Source: Gammaproteobacteria bacterium (GTDB lineage Bacteria; Pseudomonadota; Gammaproteobacteria; GCA-001735895). From it: a stretch of 64,000 bases of DNA. The notes beneath the pieces were generated by a model, which made no database searches, was not told where the DNA came from, and worked only from the letters and a program-made list of their open reading frames with translations. Each line of letters begins with the position of its first letter. Position 1 is the stretch's first letter. A program made the position numbers and the translations under genes. Shown here in pieces: positions 39,501-48,158 of the stretch. The stretch lies in contig JAOTXY010000010.1 of NCBI GenBank assembly GCA_029862125.1, positions 41-64,040 on the forward strand. The letters run 5' to 3'.

Positions 39501-39917
39501 TCGGGCCCGTCAAGCGCGGCTCGCCCACGGAATTACCAACCGATTCGAAAATCCAGTCAGGTAATAGCGTAGGAATTACGGTGACAGTTAACCGAATTCG
39601 ATAAGAAAGGATAATTTAACTGTAATCATTAGTGCCGCACCGGCAATGGCCGGCTACACGATGCCTCAACGGCATTGAAGCATCCGCTTGATCCCCTGTC
39701 TGCCTTCTCCATTGAGGTCGAATAATCCCCGGCGCATTTTGATCGTTGGTGTCGAGGCAAGCCCCGTGCTTACGCAAAACTGTCGTGAAAACATAAGCTT
39801 ATCGATATCCCCCCCGATTTGGATAGATCGACAAGGGATGTCTCACCGCGGATTGAAAACGATTGGCACAGTTAATGCCTGGTTTTCCCTAAACACGAGT
39901 TCAGGGGTGGAGTTAAC

Positions 39918-40325
39918 ATGAATAAATGTTCGATAACGGCCGCAATCTTGGCGATCCATTTTTTTATCTGGGTATTACCTGCCGTAACTAACGAGAGCAT
40001 TGCCGGAGGTCACTACCGGATCGGCACGCTTAATGAATCCCACCATTATCGCGACGACGAAGACTTTAATAGCAGCCACAATGGTTTCTATATCGCGCAT
40101 AACAACAATTTGTTTGGCACCTACTACAACTCGGATTTTGCGCAGAGTTTCTTCTACGCGCGCAACCGCCGAATCAACGACATATTCAGTTTCTCGTATG
40201 GCGTCGCCACTGGATACAACGTAGGCATGATTCCAATGGTTGGATTATCCGCACAAATGAGTATCTTCAAACTAACATTGACGCAGGAAGCAGCTGTGAT
40301 TGGCCTTGAGTTTTCGTTGTTATGA
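39918..40325 (+). CDS. Hypothetical secreted/outer-membrane-like protein (135 aa), compositionally AT-richer than surroundings
   Basis: N-terminal hydrophobic segment. Tyr/Asn/Phe-rich with alternating beta-strand-like pattern and terminal F-x-L-L. No recognised domain. Abuts the dmgdh remnant. Confidence 0.35.
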   Translation: MNKCSITAAILAIHFFIWVLPAVTNESIAGGHYRIGTLNESHHYRDDEDFNSSHNGFYIAHNNNLFGTYYNSDFAQSFFYARNRRINDIFSFSYGVATGYNVGMIPMVGLSAQMSIFKLTLTQEAAVIGLEFSLL

Positions 40326-40556
40326 CGCCGCAGTTCGGGATCGTGGCAGCTTGTTTTCCGGGTCGTAGAGCGGCTTGTAACCGACTGACTCTACCTTCAT
40401 CAGAAATTGCTCGCCGAGATATTCCATGATCATCGCACGGCCTTCCTTGCAGTATTCGCGGGGCAGGTAGCCAAGCCCGATATTTTTATCGAGGCTTGGA
40501 CCGTAAGCGATACAAGTGATGTAAGAGCGGCACCCTTTCGCCTCGATCGGAAATCC
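40320..40556 (-). pseudogene. Remnant of the 3' end (last about 78 codons) of a dimethylglycine-dehydrogenase-like gene
   Basis: Gap-free nucleotide alignment, about 80% identical by eye, to 52381-52617, the 3' end of the intact 854-aa gene. The remnant encodes ...GFPIEAKGCRSYITCIAYGPSLDKNIGLGYLPREYCKEGRAMIMEYLGEQFLMKVESVGYKPLYDPENKLPRSRTAAS*, compared with ...IDSKGRRSYLSSIAYGPSIGKNIGLGYLPYEYCEEGRELVTEYLGEQFTMKVAAVGYKPLYDPENKLPRS* in the intact gene. Upstream of the homology are in-frame stops and no start. Confidence 0.8.
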
Positions 40557-40706
40557 CCATGTACTTGACCCTCATCAAGGTTGCCCGCTGATTTTGAAGA
40601 TTTAATAGTAGATTAATCTAACAGAAGATTAGTCGCTACAAGTTTGTCATCTGAAACAGACGAATTTAAACCAAATAACATCAGAAAATTTAAGAGGAGC
40701 ATCATC

Positions 40707-41024
40707 ATGAGCCGTTCACCTAGAATCGCAATAAGCGGGATTGTCGCCCTGTTAAGCGGGGGCCTCGGTCTCAGCCAGAGTTATGCCGCCGATGCGGTGC
40801 CGCGAGCCGAGTTACTGGCGTCCATGTGTATCACCTGTCACGGCGCTAATGGTAAAGGCGCCAAGCCTATGCCTGGGATTAACGGCGAGGAACCCGCCGA
40901 TTTTATCGACCTGATGCAGGCCTTCGCCAACGGTGAAGAGTCCACCAGTATCATGGATCGCCATGCCCAGGGTTATACCGAGGCCGAGCTCAAGCTGCTC
41001 GCCGAATATTTCAGCAAACAATAA
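40707..41024 (+). CDS. Monoheme c-type cytochrome, flavocytochrome c sulfide dehydrogenase cytochrome subunit-like
   Basis: ATG 40707 with AGGAG RBS. Signal peptide. Single CITCH heme motif. 105 aa. Stop 16 nt before the FccB gene. Confidence 0.7.
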   Translation: MSRSPRIAISGIVALLSGGLGLSQSYAADAVPRAELLASMCITCHGANGKGAKPMPGINGEEPADFIDLMQAFANGEESTSIMDRHAQGYTEAELKLLAEYFSKQ

Positions 41025-41039
41025 TAGAGGAGAAAGACA

Positions 41040-42323
41040 ATGAAAGCATATGATCGCAGAGACTTTCTCAAGGTAATCGGAGCCGCGGGCGCAGTAACCG
41101 GGTTGGGTAGCCTGGTGTGGCCAATGGAAGCCCTGGCCGCAGCCAGCGGAAAAGTGGTTGTCGTTGGTGGCGGTTTCGGTGGCGCGACCTGCGCCCGGTA
41201 TCTGAAACGCTGGGGACCCCAACTCGATGTCACCCTGGTTGAGCGCGATACCAGCTATATCACCTGCCCGTTTTCCAACGAGGTGCTCTCGGGTAATCTT
41301 GACATCAGCAAGATTACCCACGACTACGGCAATATCCACGCTCAGGGTATCAATGTGGTGCACGACGAGGTCACCGCTATCGATGCCGGTGGAAAATCGA
41401 TCAACCTCAAGTATGGCGGTTCGATGAAATTCGATAAATTGGTTGTATCACCGGGTATCGCGTTCAAGTGGGGTGCGATTGAAAATGACCAGGCGGCGGT
41501 GCAACGGGCAATGCCGCACTCATGGAAAGCCGGCGAACAGACGCTATTGCTGAGAAAACAGTTGCAGGCTATGCGCGACGGCGGCACCGTCATCATCGTG
41601 CCACCGAAGAAACCGTTTCGCTGTCCACCCGGACCTTATGAACGCGCCAGCCTGATTGCACATTATCTCAAGTGGAACAAGCCGAAGTCCAAAATCCTGA
41701 TTGTCGATGCCAACCCGACCCATTCCAAGCAGGCTGCGTTTCACGAAGCCTGGAACAAGGAATACGGTAACATGATCGAATGGATCAAGGATACCGACGG
41801 TGGCGTCATTACCAGAGCGGATCCGGGCAACATGACCCTGCGCAATGATTTTGGCGACGAATACAAGGGTGATGTAATCAACCTGATCCCCTATCAAAAA
41901 GCGGGCGAACTGGTTGAAACCGCCGGCCTGACCAACAAGGATGGCTGGTGTACCGTCGATATGGGCACTTTTGAATCGGCAAAGGCCAGGGATGTACATA
42001 TCATCGGTGACGCCTGCGTCGCCGGTGCCATGCCAAAATCTGGCCACTCGGCGGCTTCGCAGGCGAAGAATTGTGCTGCTGCGATCGTTTCCATGCTCGC
42101 CGGAGATACACCACCCGAACCGACCTATGCCAACACCTGTTACAGCCTGATCGGACCCAAGTACGGTATTTCGGTGGCCGCAGTTTACCGCCTTAAAGAC
42201 GGGGTCATCGTCAAGGTTTCCGGTGGAGTCAGTAAAGTAGGCAACAAGGATCGGGTACATGAGAACGAAGCCAAGTATGCCCGCGGCTGGTACAAGTCAA
42301 TCACCTCCGACGTGTTCGGTTGA
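41040..42323 (+). CDS. fccB: Flavocytochrome c sulfide dehydrogenase flavoprotein subunit
   Basis: Tat signal RRDFLKVIGAAGAVTGLGS. FAD motif VVVVGGGFGGATCARYL. FCSD-type motifs RCPPGPYERASLIAHYLK and CVAGAMPKSGHSAASQAKNCA. Length is 427 aa. Confidence 0.85.
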   Translation: MKAYDRRDFLKVIGAAGAVTGLGSLVWPMEALAAASGKVVVVGGGFGGATCARYLKRWGPQLDVTLVERDTSYITCPFSNEVLSGNLDISKITHDYGNIHAQGINVVHDEVTAIDAGGKSINLKYGGSMKFDKLVVSPGIAFKWGAIENDQAAVQRAMPHSWKAGEQTLLLRKQLQAMRDGGTVIIVPPKKPFRCPPGPYERASLIAHYLKWNKPKSKILIVDANPTHSKQAAFHEAWNKEYGNMIEWIKDTDGGVITRADPGNMTLRNDFGDEYKGDVINLIPYQKAGELVETAGLTNKDGWCTVDMGTFESAKARDVHIIGDACVAGAMPKSGHSAASQAKNCAAAIVSMLAGDTPPEPTYANTCYSLIGPKYGISVAAVYRLKDGVIVKVSGGVSKVGNKDRVHENEAKYARGWYKSITSDVFG

Positions 42324-42348
42324 GCCGATCGATATCTGGTAATGAGAT

Positions 42349-42378
42349 GGGTGGCGTTCGCGCCACCCCGTTTGATTA
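42349..42378 (+). terminator. Candidate intrinsic terminator after fccB
   Basis: gggtggcg-ttcg-cgccaccc hairpin followed by a U-rich tract (cgtttgatt). Confidence 0.4.
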
Positions 42379-42394
42379 GGAAGTTAATGGACCG

Positions 42395-42862
42395 ATGAGA
42401 AGACGAACTTTATTGCAAAACCTGTCTGCGGTTGCAGCTACCTGGGTGGCCGGCGGTAGCGGTATATTTTATTCAATGCTGGCGAACGCAGCGTCGAGAC
42501 CAGATGCGGCGTTTCTGGCCAAGGATGCCGACACGGCGATGATGGAGGTACTGGGTACCCGGGAAGCCACCGCCAGCGACCAAATCAAGCTCGATGCCCC
42601 GCTGCAGGCGGAAAACGGCGCGGTGGTTCCAATCGAGGTATCGACCACCCTGCCGTCTCCCGAATCTGTCGTCGTGGTGGTGCCTAATAACCCGACACCG
42701 TTGTTGAGCGTCATAGAGACCACGCCCCGTACCGGCAACTACTTCAGAATGCGTATCAAAATGGCGGGCACCGATAACGTCATGGTATATGTCAAATCAG
42801 AAGGCCAGTGGTACGTCACCTCGCAGGAAGTGCGAGTTGCGATCGGCGGCTGCGGTGGTTGA
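42395..42862 (+). CDS. soxY: Thiosulfate-oxidation carrier protein SoxY
   Basis: Tat signal MRRRTLLQNLSAVAATWVAGGS. 155 aa. Ends with the invariant SoxY C-terminal motif VAIGGCGG*. Confidence 0.9.
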   Translation: MRRRTLLQNLSAVAATWVAGGSGIFYSMLANAASRPDAAFLAKDADTAMMEVLGTREATASDQIKLDAPLQAENGAVVPIEVSTTLPSPESVVVVVPNNPTPLLSVIETTPRTGNYFRMRIKMAGTDNVMVYVKSEGQWYVTSQEVRVAIGGCGG

Positions 42863-42891
42863 TATATCGATTTTGCTGAGGAATTTGCACT

Positions 42892-43206
42892 ATGGCGAAA
42901 AGACGTACAAGGCTCAAAGCGGAAATAATGGGCAGTGGTATCCGCGCGACCTGTTTAATCAAACATCCGATGGAAACGGGCAATCGGCTCGATTCTGACG
43001 GCAACAAGATCCCGATTCACTACATCAAGTACGTGAAGTTTTCGGTCAACGGCGAGCATGTCGGCACGCTCAACCTCGGTCCCGGGGTGTCGGCAGATCC
43101 TTATCTATCGTTTGATATTGCCGACGTCAAGGTAGGTGATACGCTCGCCTTGCAGTGGGAAGACAACAAGAGCGAATCGGACACCGTGGAACGCGTCGTC
43201 AAGTAG
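42892..43206 (+). CDS. soxZ: Sulfur-compound chelating protein SoxZ
   Basis: 104 aa. Immediately downstream of soxY. Conserved IKHPMETG and PIHYI blocks of SoxZ. Confidence 0.85.
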   Translation: MAKRRTRLKAEIMGSGIRATCLIKHPMETGNRLDSDGNKIPIHYIKYVKFSVNGEHVGTLNLGPGVSADPYLSFDIADVKVGDTLALQWEDNKSESDTVERVVK

Positions 43207-43241
43207 GCGTTTCAGTGTTTACTGAAGGGGGGCATAGAGTT

Positions 43242-43967
43242 ATGCGTGAATCGGGACTTTTGGTTATGTTGCTGGCGGTTATTATCCACCCCGGAAACGG
43301 GTTAGCTCAGCAAGGCTCGGACACGGAGTTGCCGCCCAGCGTGTCGGCGGAACTCGCGCCTAATTATGAGTCCGGCCCACGTCTGATCCAGGATTTGTCC
43401 GATGAGGCGCAAAAAATTCGCCGCCAGCAATTGATGCGGCAATCGAATCGCGTCATGCCACCGGTACCGCGGGCGCAAAAAAAGGCGCTTTTTGACATGA
43501 TGACCCCCATGAGCAGTATGTCGATGCGCGATCTGTTCAATTTCATGACCGATAAAATCAAGGCCGATCCCGAATTGACATTCGACGACGTCGTCGAGGC
43601 GATGGAACTCAAGGCCAATGAAGTAAATTTCAAAAAAGTGGGGCATAACGAATTCTGGCGGGACGTCAGCGCTTTCTCCGGTTTGCCGACTCTGCGGCTC
43701 GAGATACTCCAGTTCTGCGACGCCTCGGTCGGCCGGCGCATGCTCGATTACAGTCCCGAATTTTCGATTTTCATTCCCTGCCGGATTACGGTCATGGAGG
43801 ACGCCACCGGCGAAATCTGGTTGATGACGCTGGACTGGGACGTCAGCTGGCTGGCGCGAGCCTGGCAGCCTGGATCCCGGCTGGATCCGGAGCTGGTCAA
43901 GGATGCAATCCGTATCCGCGATGCGATGACCGAAATCATGCAGGCCGGCGCCTCCGGAGACTGGTGA
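43242..43967 (+). CDS. Hypothetical periplasmic protein, possibly DUF302-like C-terminal domain
   Basis: ATG 43242 with purine-rich RBS. Signal peptide LLVMLLAVIIHPGNGLA. C-terminal block FSIFIPCRITVMEDATGEIWLMTLDWD resembles the DUF302 core. The assignment is tentative. Confidence 0.35.
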   Translation: MRESGLLVMLLAVIIHPGNGLAQQGSDTELPPSVSAELAPNYESGPRLIQDLSDEAQKIRRQQLMRQSNRVMPPVPRAQKKALFDMMTPMSSMSMRDLFNFMTDKIKADPELTFDDVVEAMELKANEVNFKKVGHNEFWRDVSAFSGLPTLRLEILQFCDASVGRRMLDYSPEFSIFIPCRITVMEDATGEIWLMTLDWDVSWLARAWQPGSRLDPELVKDAIRIRDAMTEIMQAGASGDW

Positions 43968-44030
43968 AGCGGGCATGATCGCAGCCTGAGTTACGGCCTC
44001 GAGGTAATGCCATTATAATTTTTAAATTAT

Positions 44031-44819
44031 TTGAAAGGTGACAGCTTGCAGACACTGGCTTTTCATCGCTCGCTAGCATATTGCGTGAGTGTCCTGTTAC
44101 TCGCCACATTGGTTTTTGCGGCCCGTGCCGAAATCCATTCGACCCTTGAAATCAACGACGAAATCGAAATTGATATTGTCACATTCGGCGAACCGGCGAA
44201 GACCGGCATTATCTGGTTTGCCTGCAGACAGGGGGAGGATGCGATCGAGTTTGAAACCGCAAGAAAGCTGGTAAGCAGGGGGTATCAGATTTATTTCCCC
44301 GATATGTTGAGTGCGCATTTCCTGTCGTCCCTGCCGTCGAATATCGCGCGGATTCCGGCTGCCGAGGTTGTCACTGTGATCAGGCATATCATCGATACCT
44401 CGACTGCCGAGCGATTGTTTCTGCTGGCCGGCGCACGCGCCGCGGTACCGATAATCCGCGGCCTGGCCGATAAAAATTTGCAACAGATGGACTCGAAATT
44501 GAAAGGTGCATTATTGATCACTCCCCGAATTTACAAAACAATGCCCGATCCCGGCTCCGAACCGGTTTATATCGATGAAACTGGATTGTCAATCCACCCA
44601 ATCCTGGTACTGGAAGGCGAACGTACCCCTAACCGTTGGGGATTGCCGCATTTGGTAGCAGCGCTAACAAAATCAGGCAGCCGGGTGCAAACCGATTTGA
44701 TTGACGGAGTGCGCGGCTACTTTTATTTACGCGACAACCAGACCCCGGCCGAGATGGAATTAACCCGCCAACTCGATTCATTGATTCATGATAATTTGCA
44801 GAAACTCGGAGCAATTTGA
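44031..44819 (+). CDS. Hypothetical secreted protein (262 aa)
   Basis: Signal peptide SLAYCVSVLLLATLVFAARA. No recognised domain. 4-nt overlap with the downstream TlpA gene suggests co-translation within the sulfur cluster. Confidence 0.4.
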   Translation: MKGDSLQTLAFHRSLAYCVSVLLLATLVFAARAEIHSTLEINDEIEIDIVTFGEPAKTGIIWFACRQGEDAIEFETARKLVSRGYQIYFPDMLSAHFLSSLPSNIARIPAAEVVTVIRHIIDTSTAERLFLLAGARAAVPIIRGLADKNLQQMDSKLKGALLITPRIYKTMPDPGSEPVYIDETGLSIHPILVLEGERTPNRWGLPHLVAALTKSGSRVQTDLIDGVRGYFYLRDNQTPAEMELTRQLDSLIHDNLQKLGAI

Positions 44820-45337
44820 GAATGGGTTTTTACCGGCACCTGATATTTTGTCTGTCGCTGGCTTTACTGGGTCAGCAGGCGCAGGCTGTCGCGGGTCAGT
44901 TAAAAGAATATTGGGGTGATATGACGTCACCCGAGATTGAATTACCCGATTTGCAGGGGCGGCAACATTCGCTGGCCGACTATCACGGCAACGTCGTGCT
45001 GGTACAGTTCTGGGCTACCTATTGCACGCCCTGTCGTACCGAAATGCCGACCATGAATCGGCTGATTAAAAAGATGCGAGGTAAGCCGTTCAAAATCGTC
45101 ACCGTCAACATGGCCGAATCACCCGGGCAGGTGCGGCAGTTTTTACAGGAAGTGCCGGTCGACTTTCCGGTGCTAATGGATAGCGATGGCAGCACCCTGA
45201 GTCGATGGAAGGTTTTTGCCGCTCCAGCAAATTTTATTCTCGACAAGCAGGGTAAAATCACCTTTACGCTGTACGGTGCAATTGAATGGGATTCGGATGA
45301 AATGGTCAGTCGGTTAAACGCGCTGAGCGAAGAATAA
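44816..45337 (+). CDS. TlpA/ResA-family periplasmic thiol-disulfide oxidoreductase (SoxW-like thioredoxin)
   Basis: Signal peptide. Thioredoxin CxxC active site WATYCTPCRTEMP. Length is 173 aa. Confidence 0.8.
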   Translation: MRMGFYRHLIFCLSLALLGQQAQAVAGQLKEYWGDMTSPEIELPDLQGRQHSLADYHGNVVLVQFWATYCTPCRTEMPTMNRLIKKMRGKPFKIVTVNMAESPGQVRQFLQEVPVDFPVLMDSDGSTLSRWKVFAAPANFILDKQGKITFTLYGAIEWDSDEMVSRLNALSEE

Positions 45338-45352
45338 GTTCATCCGGCAGAC

Positions 45353-45970
45353 TCAGTTAACCGAGGCATAGAAATTCAGCAGCGCCTCGATGTCCTCCTG
45401 ATTCAGCTTCTTCAGCCGGTTTGACATGCGCCGTGACACGAGGCGTTTGCCGCTGAGAATATTTTTGAACTGCAGCCTCAGGTATGGCGTCCATTGCCCG
45501 GCGAGGATGTTCTTGTCATCTGTGGGTTCGGTACCGTTTTTCAGGTGACATCGTTCGCAATGCTTCTCGTGTAGAATTGCGCCGCGACTGGCAAGTTCCG
45601 GATTAAACGCCTGACTTCTTGGGATATACTTCCGCTTGGAAAAATAATTCGCCAGCCCCTTGAGATCCGCGTCGCTCAATTGCTTCGCAATGTTGATCAT
45701 AACGGTTTCGGGCTCGTTGGGCTGCTGAAATTCAATTGCGATACGCCTGTTTTCCCGATACTCGTCCATGGTGTAGAGAAATCCCGCGTAGGAAAAACCG
45801 GAGATGCTCGGGAAAATAGGTAATACGCTGTTACCATCCTGTCCATGACAGATCTCGCAACGTATTACCAGGTCGTCAGTATCTTCGGCAGGCCCGGGAG
45901 CGGTAAATAGCGCAAGGCCTACCGTTAACAGGTAAGCGGGAACACGGTGCATGAGCCGGATCACAATCAT
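45353..45970 (-). CDS. Diheme c-type cytochrome
   Basis: Signal peptide. Two heme motifs, CEICH and CERCH. Length is 205 aa. Confidence 0.7.
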   Translation of the reverse strand: MIVIRLMHRVPAYLLTVGLALFTAPGPAEDTDDLVIRCEICHGQDGNSVLPIFPSISGFSYAGFLYTMDEYRENRRIAIEFQQPNEPETVMINIAKQLSDADLKGLANYFSKRKYIPRSQAFNPELASRGAILHEKHCERCHLKNGTEPTDDKNILAGQWTPYLRLQFKNILSGKRLVSRRMSNRLKKLNQEDIEALLNFYASVN

Positions 45971-46151
45971 CTGTTACCACACTTGGCATGTTTAAGCCCG
46001 ATATTAATCAAAACTTGCCGAAATGGATTGATATATCTCAATCCGTGTCTTTTTTACTTTGGAGCTGGTTCCGAAAACCAGGAATGAAACTTGCGCCTAT
46101 CAGGCGATCGCGAATGTTGCTGCCCCTAGGCCGAGGCGAACAGGTGATACT

Positions 46152-46691
46152 TTATTGTGCGGGCATCGGCAGCGGCATCTGGGTGCCAGGCACCATGCCC
46201 CATGGCCAGCTGTGCATGCCCGGTAGCGGATCACCCGGATTTAGGCCGTACTTCTCTTCGACCGCGCGCTGCCAATATTCGGCGGCTTTCGGGTCCGATA
46301 TCGACGCCATCATGTCGTTGTAGGCTTCAGGATTAGCCATCGTCATCGGATTCATCATCGCCGAGACGTAGGGGCCGAAGAATTGCTGATAGCGGCCCAC
46401 GTCTTCGTTGTCATGACAGGCCGCGCAGCTGCTGATCGGATTGGCCCAGATGCGCGGATCCATCGACATCGTCATCATCATGGCCCAGCTGTTGGGATCC
46501 ATTGTTTTTGCTATGGTTTTAGCGGCCCGGTTAACTTCGCTGGAACCAGACGCTGCCTGTTGGTCCTGCGCCTGCAACGGATTGCTGGCCAATACCGTCA
46601 CCAACAATACTAAAAATAAAATACCGGCTAAACCCTTACTCTGCGTCGCATGAAACCATTGGTTAAGCTTGATCATAGCGAAATCCATCAC
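46152..46691 (-). CDS. Met-rich monoheme c-type cytochrome-like secreted protein sharing the MNP-x-x-Y motif with the downstream repeat protein
   Basis: Signal peptide. Single CAACH motif. Met-rich segments AMMMTMSMDPRIWANP and AMMNPMTMANPEAYNDMM. C-terminal MHSWPWGMVPGTQMPLPMP. Overlaps the cytochrome c5 gene by 4 nt. Confidence 0.55.
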   Translation of the reverse strand: MMDFAMIKLNQWFHATQSKGLAGILFLVLLVTVLASNPLQAQDQQAASGSSEVNRAAKTIAKTMDPNSWAMMMTMSMDPRIWANPISSCAACHDNEDVGRYQQFFGPYVSAMMNPMTMANPEAYNDMMASISDPKAAEYWQRAVEEKYGLNPGDPLPGMHSWPWGMVPGTQMPLPMPAQ

Positions 46692-47044
46692 TGTGAATTG
46701 TGGATGATGTAGTCGACCGCGGCCCTAACCTGATCGTCGGTGAGGTTCCAGTTGCCGCCGCGCGCCGGCATGCGTTTGCCGGAACTGCCGGTCCAGCCAT
46801 TAATTGCGTGCCGATACAAAACTGTCCTGCCGCTATCGATACGCGCCTTCCAGGCATTTTTATCACCGATTCGCGGCGCGCCACCAACGCCCGGCCAGTG
46901 GCAAACCGTACAGGTACGATTAAATACGCCCCAGCCTTCTTTCAAACGTTCGGTCGAGGGTTGCTCCTCGGCAAACGCAGGCCCTGTTAACGACGCCAGG
47001 CCAACGCCGAGTCCAAGAATCATTGCTTGTAAATGATGGTTCAT
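46688..47044 (-). CDS. Cytochrome c5 family monoheme cytochrome
   Basis: Signal peptide. CTVCHWPGVGGAPRIGD followed by a conserved R..GGNW.LTDD.V..AV.YI region. Length is 118 aa. Confidence 0.8.
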   Translation of the reverse strand: MNHHLQAMILGLGVGLASLTGPAFAEEQPSTERLKEGWGVFNRTCTVCHWPGVGGAPRIGDKNAWKARIDSGRTVLYRHAINGWTGSSGKRMPARGGNWNLTDDQVRAAVDYIIHNSQ

Positions 47045-47104
47045 GCGTCTTCTCGCTGCCTTATCTCCGTCGTTGCAATGGCCCGCCTCGATATACCAGT
47101 TTGA

Positions 47105-47830
47105 TCACTGGCCGGATTCCGGCTGGGTCGGCGGTCGCGGCATGTAGGTCGATGGATTGAATGGGTTAAAAAATGACTGCCCCTGGGTTGCCTGACCGGG
47201 TACCTGTCCCGGTTGCATCATCTGGGTCCAGGCGTTGGGGTCAAACCAGTTGAGCGCCGGCGCCTGTGCCGTTGTCGGGAACGTGTAAGCCGCTGGATTC
47301 ATCCATTGCATGTAAGTCGCGGGATTCATGTACATCGCGTAATTCCCGGGATTCATCCATTGCATGTAGGTCGAGGGATTCATGAAGGTCATGTACTCCA
47401 TCGGATTCATCATCGCCATATAGTTCGAGGGATTCATGAAGTTCATGTAAGACGCTGGATTCATCCAGCTCATCCAGTTGTTGGGATTGGCGAATTGCAT
47501 GTAGAACTGCGGCGTCATGAATTGACCGTAAGTCGCCGGGTTCATGAAGGCACCATAGGTGCTGGGCCGCATGAAAGCCGACCAGCCTCCTGGCGTCGCC
47601 AAATTCAGATGCGACGGGGCACCGGGCATGGCAGGCATTCCTGTCATACCTGGCATCGTCGTCGCACCTGGCATCGCCATCCAGGATGACGAATCGAACC
47701 AGTTGGGGACAACGGGTTGAGCCTGAGCCGCAGCTGTACCCGTCGGTAACTTAAGGTACAAAGATGTTATCGGTGGTGCCGCCCACAGCACGCTAATCAA
47801 TGCGAGGGCTGCAAATGTTTTCCTGATCAT
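47105..47830 (-). CDS. Secreted Met/Asn/Pro/Tyr-rich protein with 11 tandem nonapeptide repeats ([F/W]MNPxxYMx), function unknown
   Basis: Signal peptide AALALISVLWAAP. MPG-rich linker (MPGATTMPGMTGMPAMPGAP). Then FMRPSTYGA FMNPATYGQ FMTPQFYMQ FANPNNWMS WMNPASYMN FMNPSNYMA MMNPMEYMT FMNPSTYMQ WMNPGNYAM YMNPATYMQ WMNPAAYTF, then a Gln/Pro-rich tail. Uninterrupted ORF with consistent codon usage. Confidence 0.6.
   Translation of the reverse strand: MIRKTFAALALISVLWAAPPITSLYLKLPTGTAAAQAQPVVPNWFDSSSWMAMPGATTMPGMTGMPAMPGAPSHLNLATPGGWSAFMRPSTYGAFMNPATYGQFMTPQFYMQFANPNNWMSWMNPASYMNFMNPSNYMAMMNPMEYMTFMNPSTYMQWMNPGNYAMYMNPATYMQWMNPAAYTFPTTAQAPALNWFDPNAWTQMMQPGQVPGQATQGQSFFNPFNPSTYMPRPPTQPESGQ
47279..47575 (-). 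repeat. 27-bp tandem repeat array (11 units) inside the CDS, encoding the MNPxxYMx nonapeptides
   Basis: Visible in DNA as a reiterated gggattcatgaaNgtcatgtaNNNNNN-like unit. Units diverge at wobble and variable-residue positions. Confidence 0.7.
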
Positions 47831-48158
47831 GGGAACCTCCAGCTAAGCCTCAATTGACGTAATCGATAACGCCACTACGGTTATTCCAATAATTTAAACC
47901 GTATTGGTTGCCAGATATATACCCCACAAGATATATGGTCTTCTATCGAAGGAGTTTTGATCGAATATCGCGCGCATAATTGCTGGTGGAACGCCGGTAG
48001 GTCGAAAATCAAGTTCGGTCAATAGCCACAATTTGTGCGATTTTTTTGATCTGCGTCAACTAGGAAGGGATAAGTATCCGTTTAATAAAATTGAAATTGG
48101 CGTGGATGTAATTACGTCAATCAATCAAAACAATTAATCTCAATCTTGGGGAGCTTTA

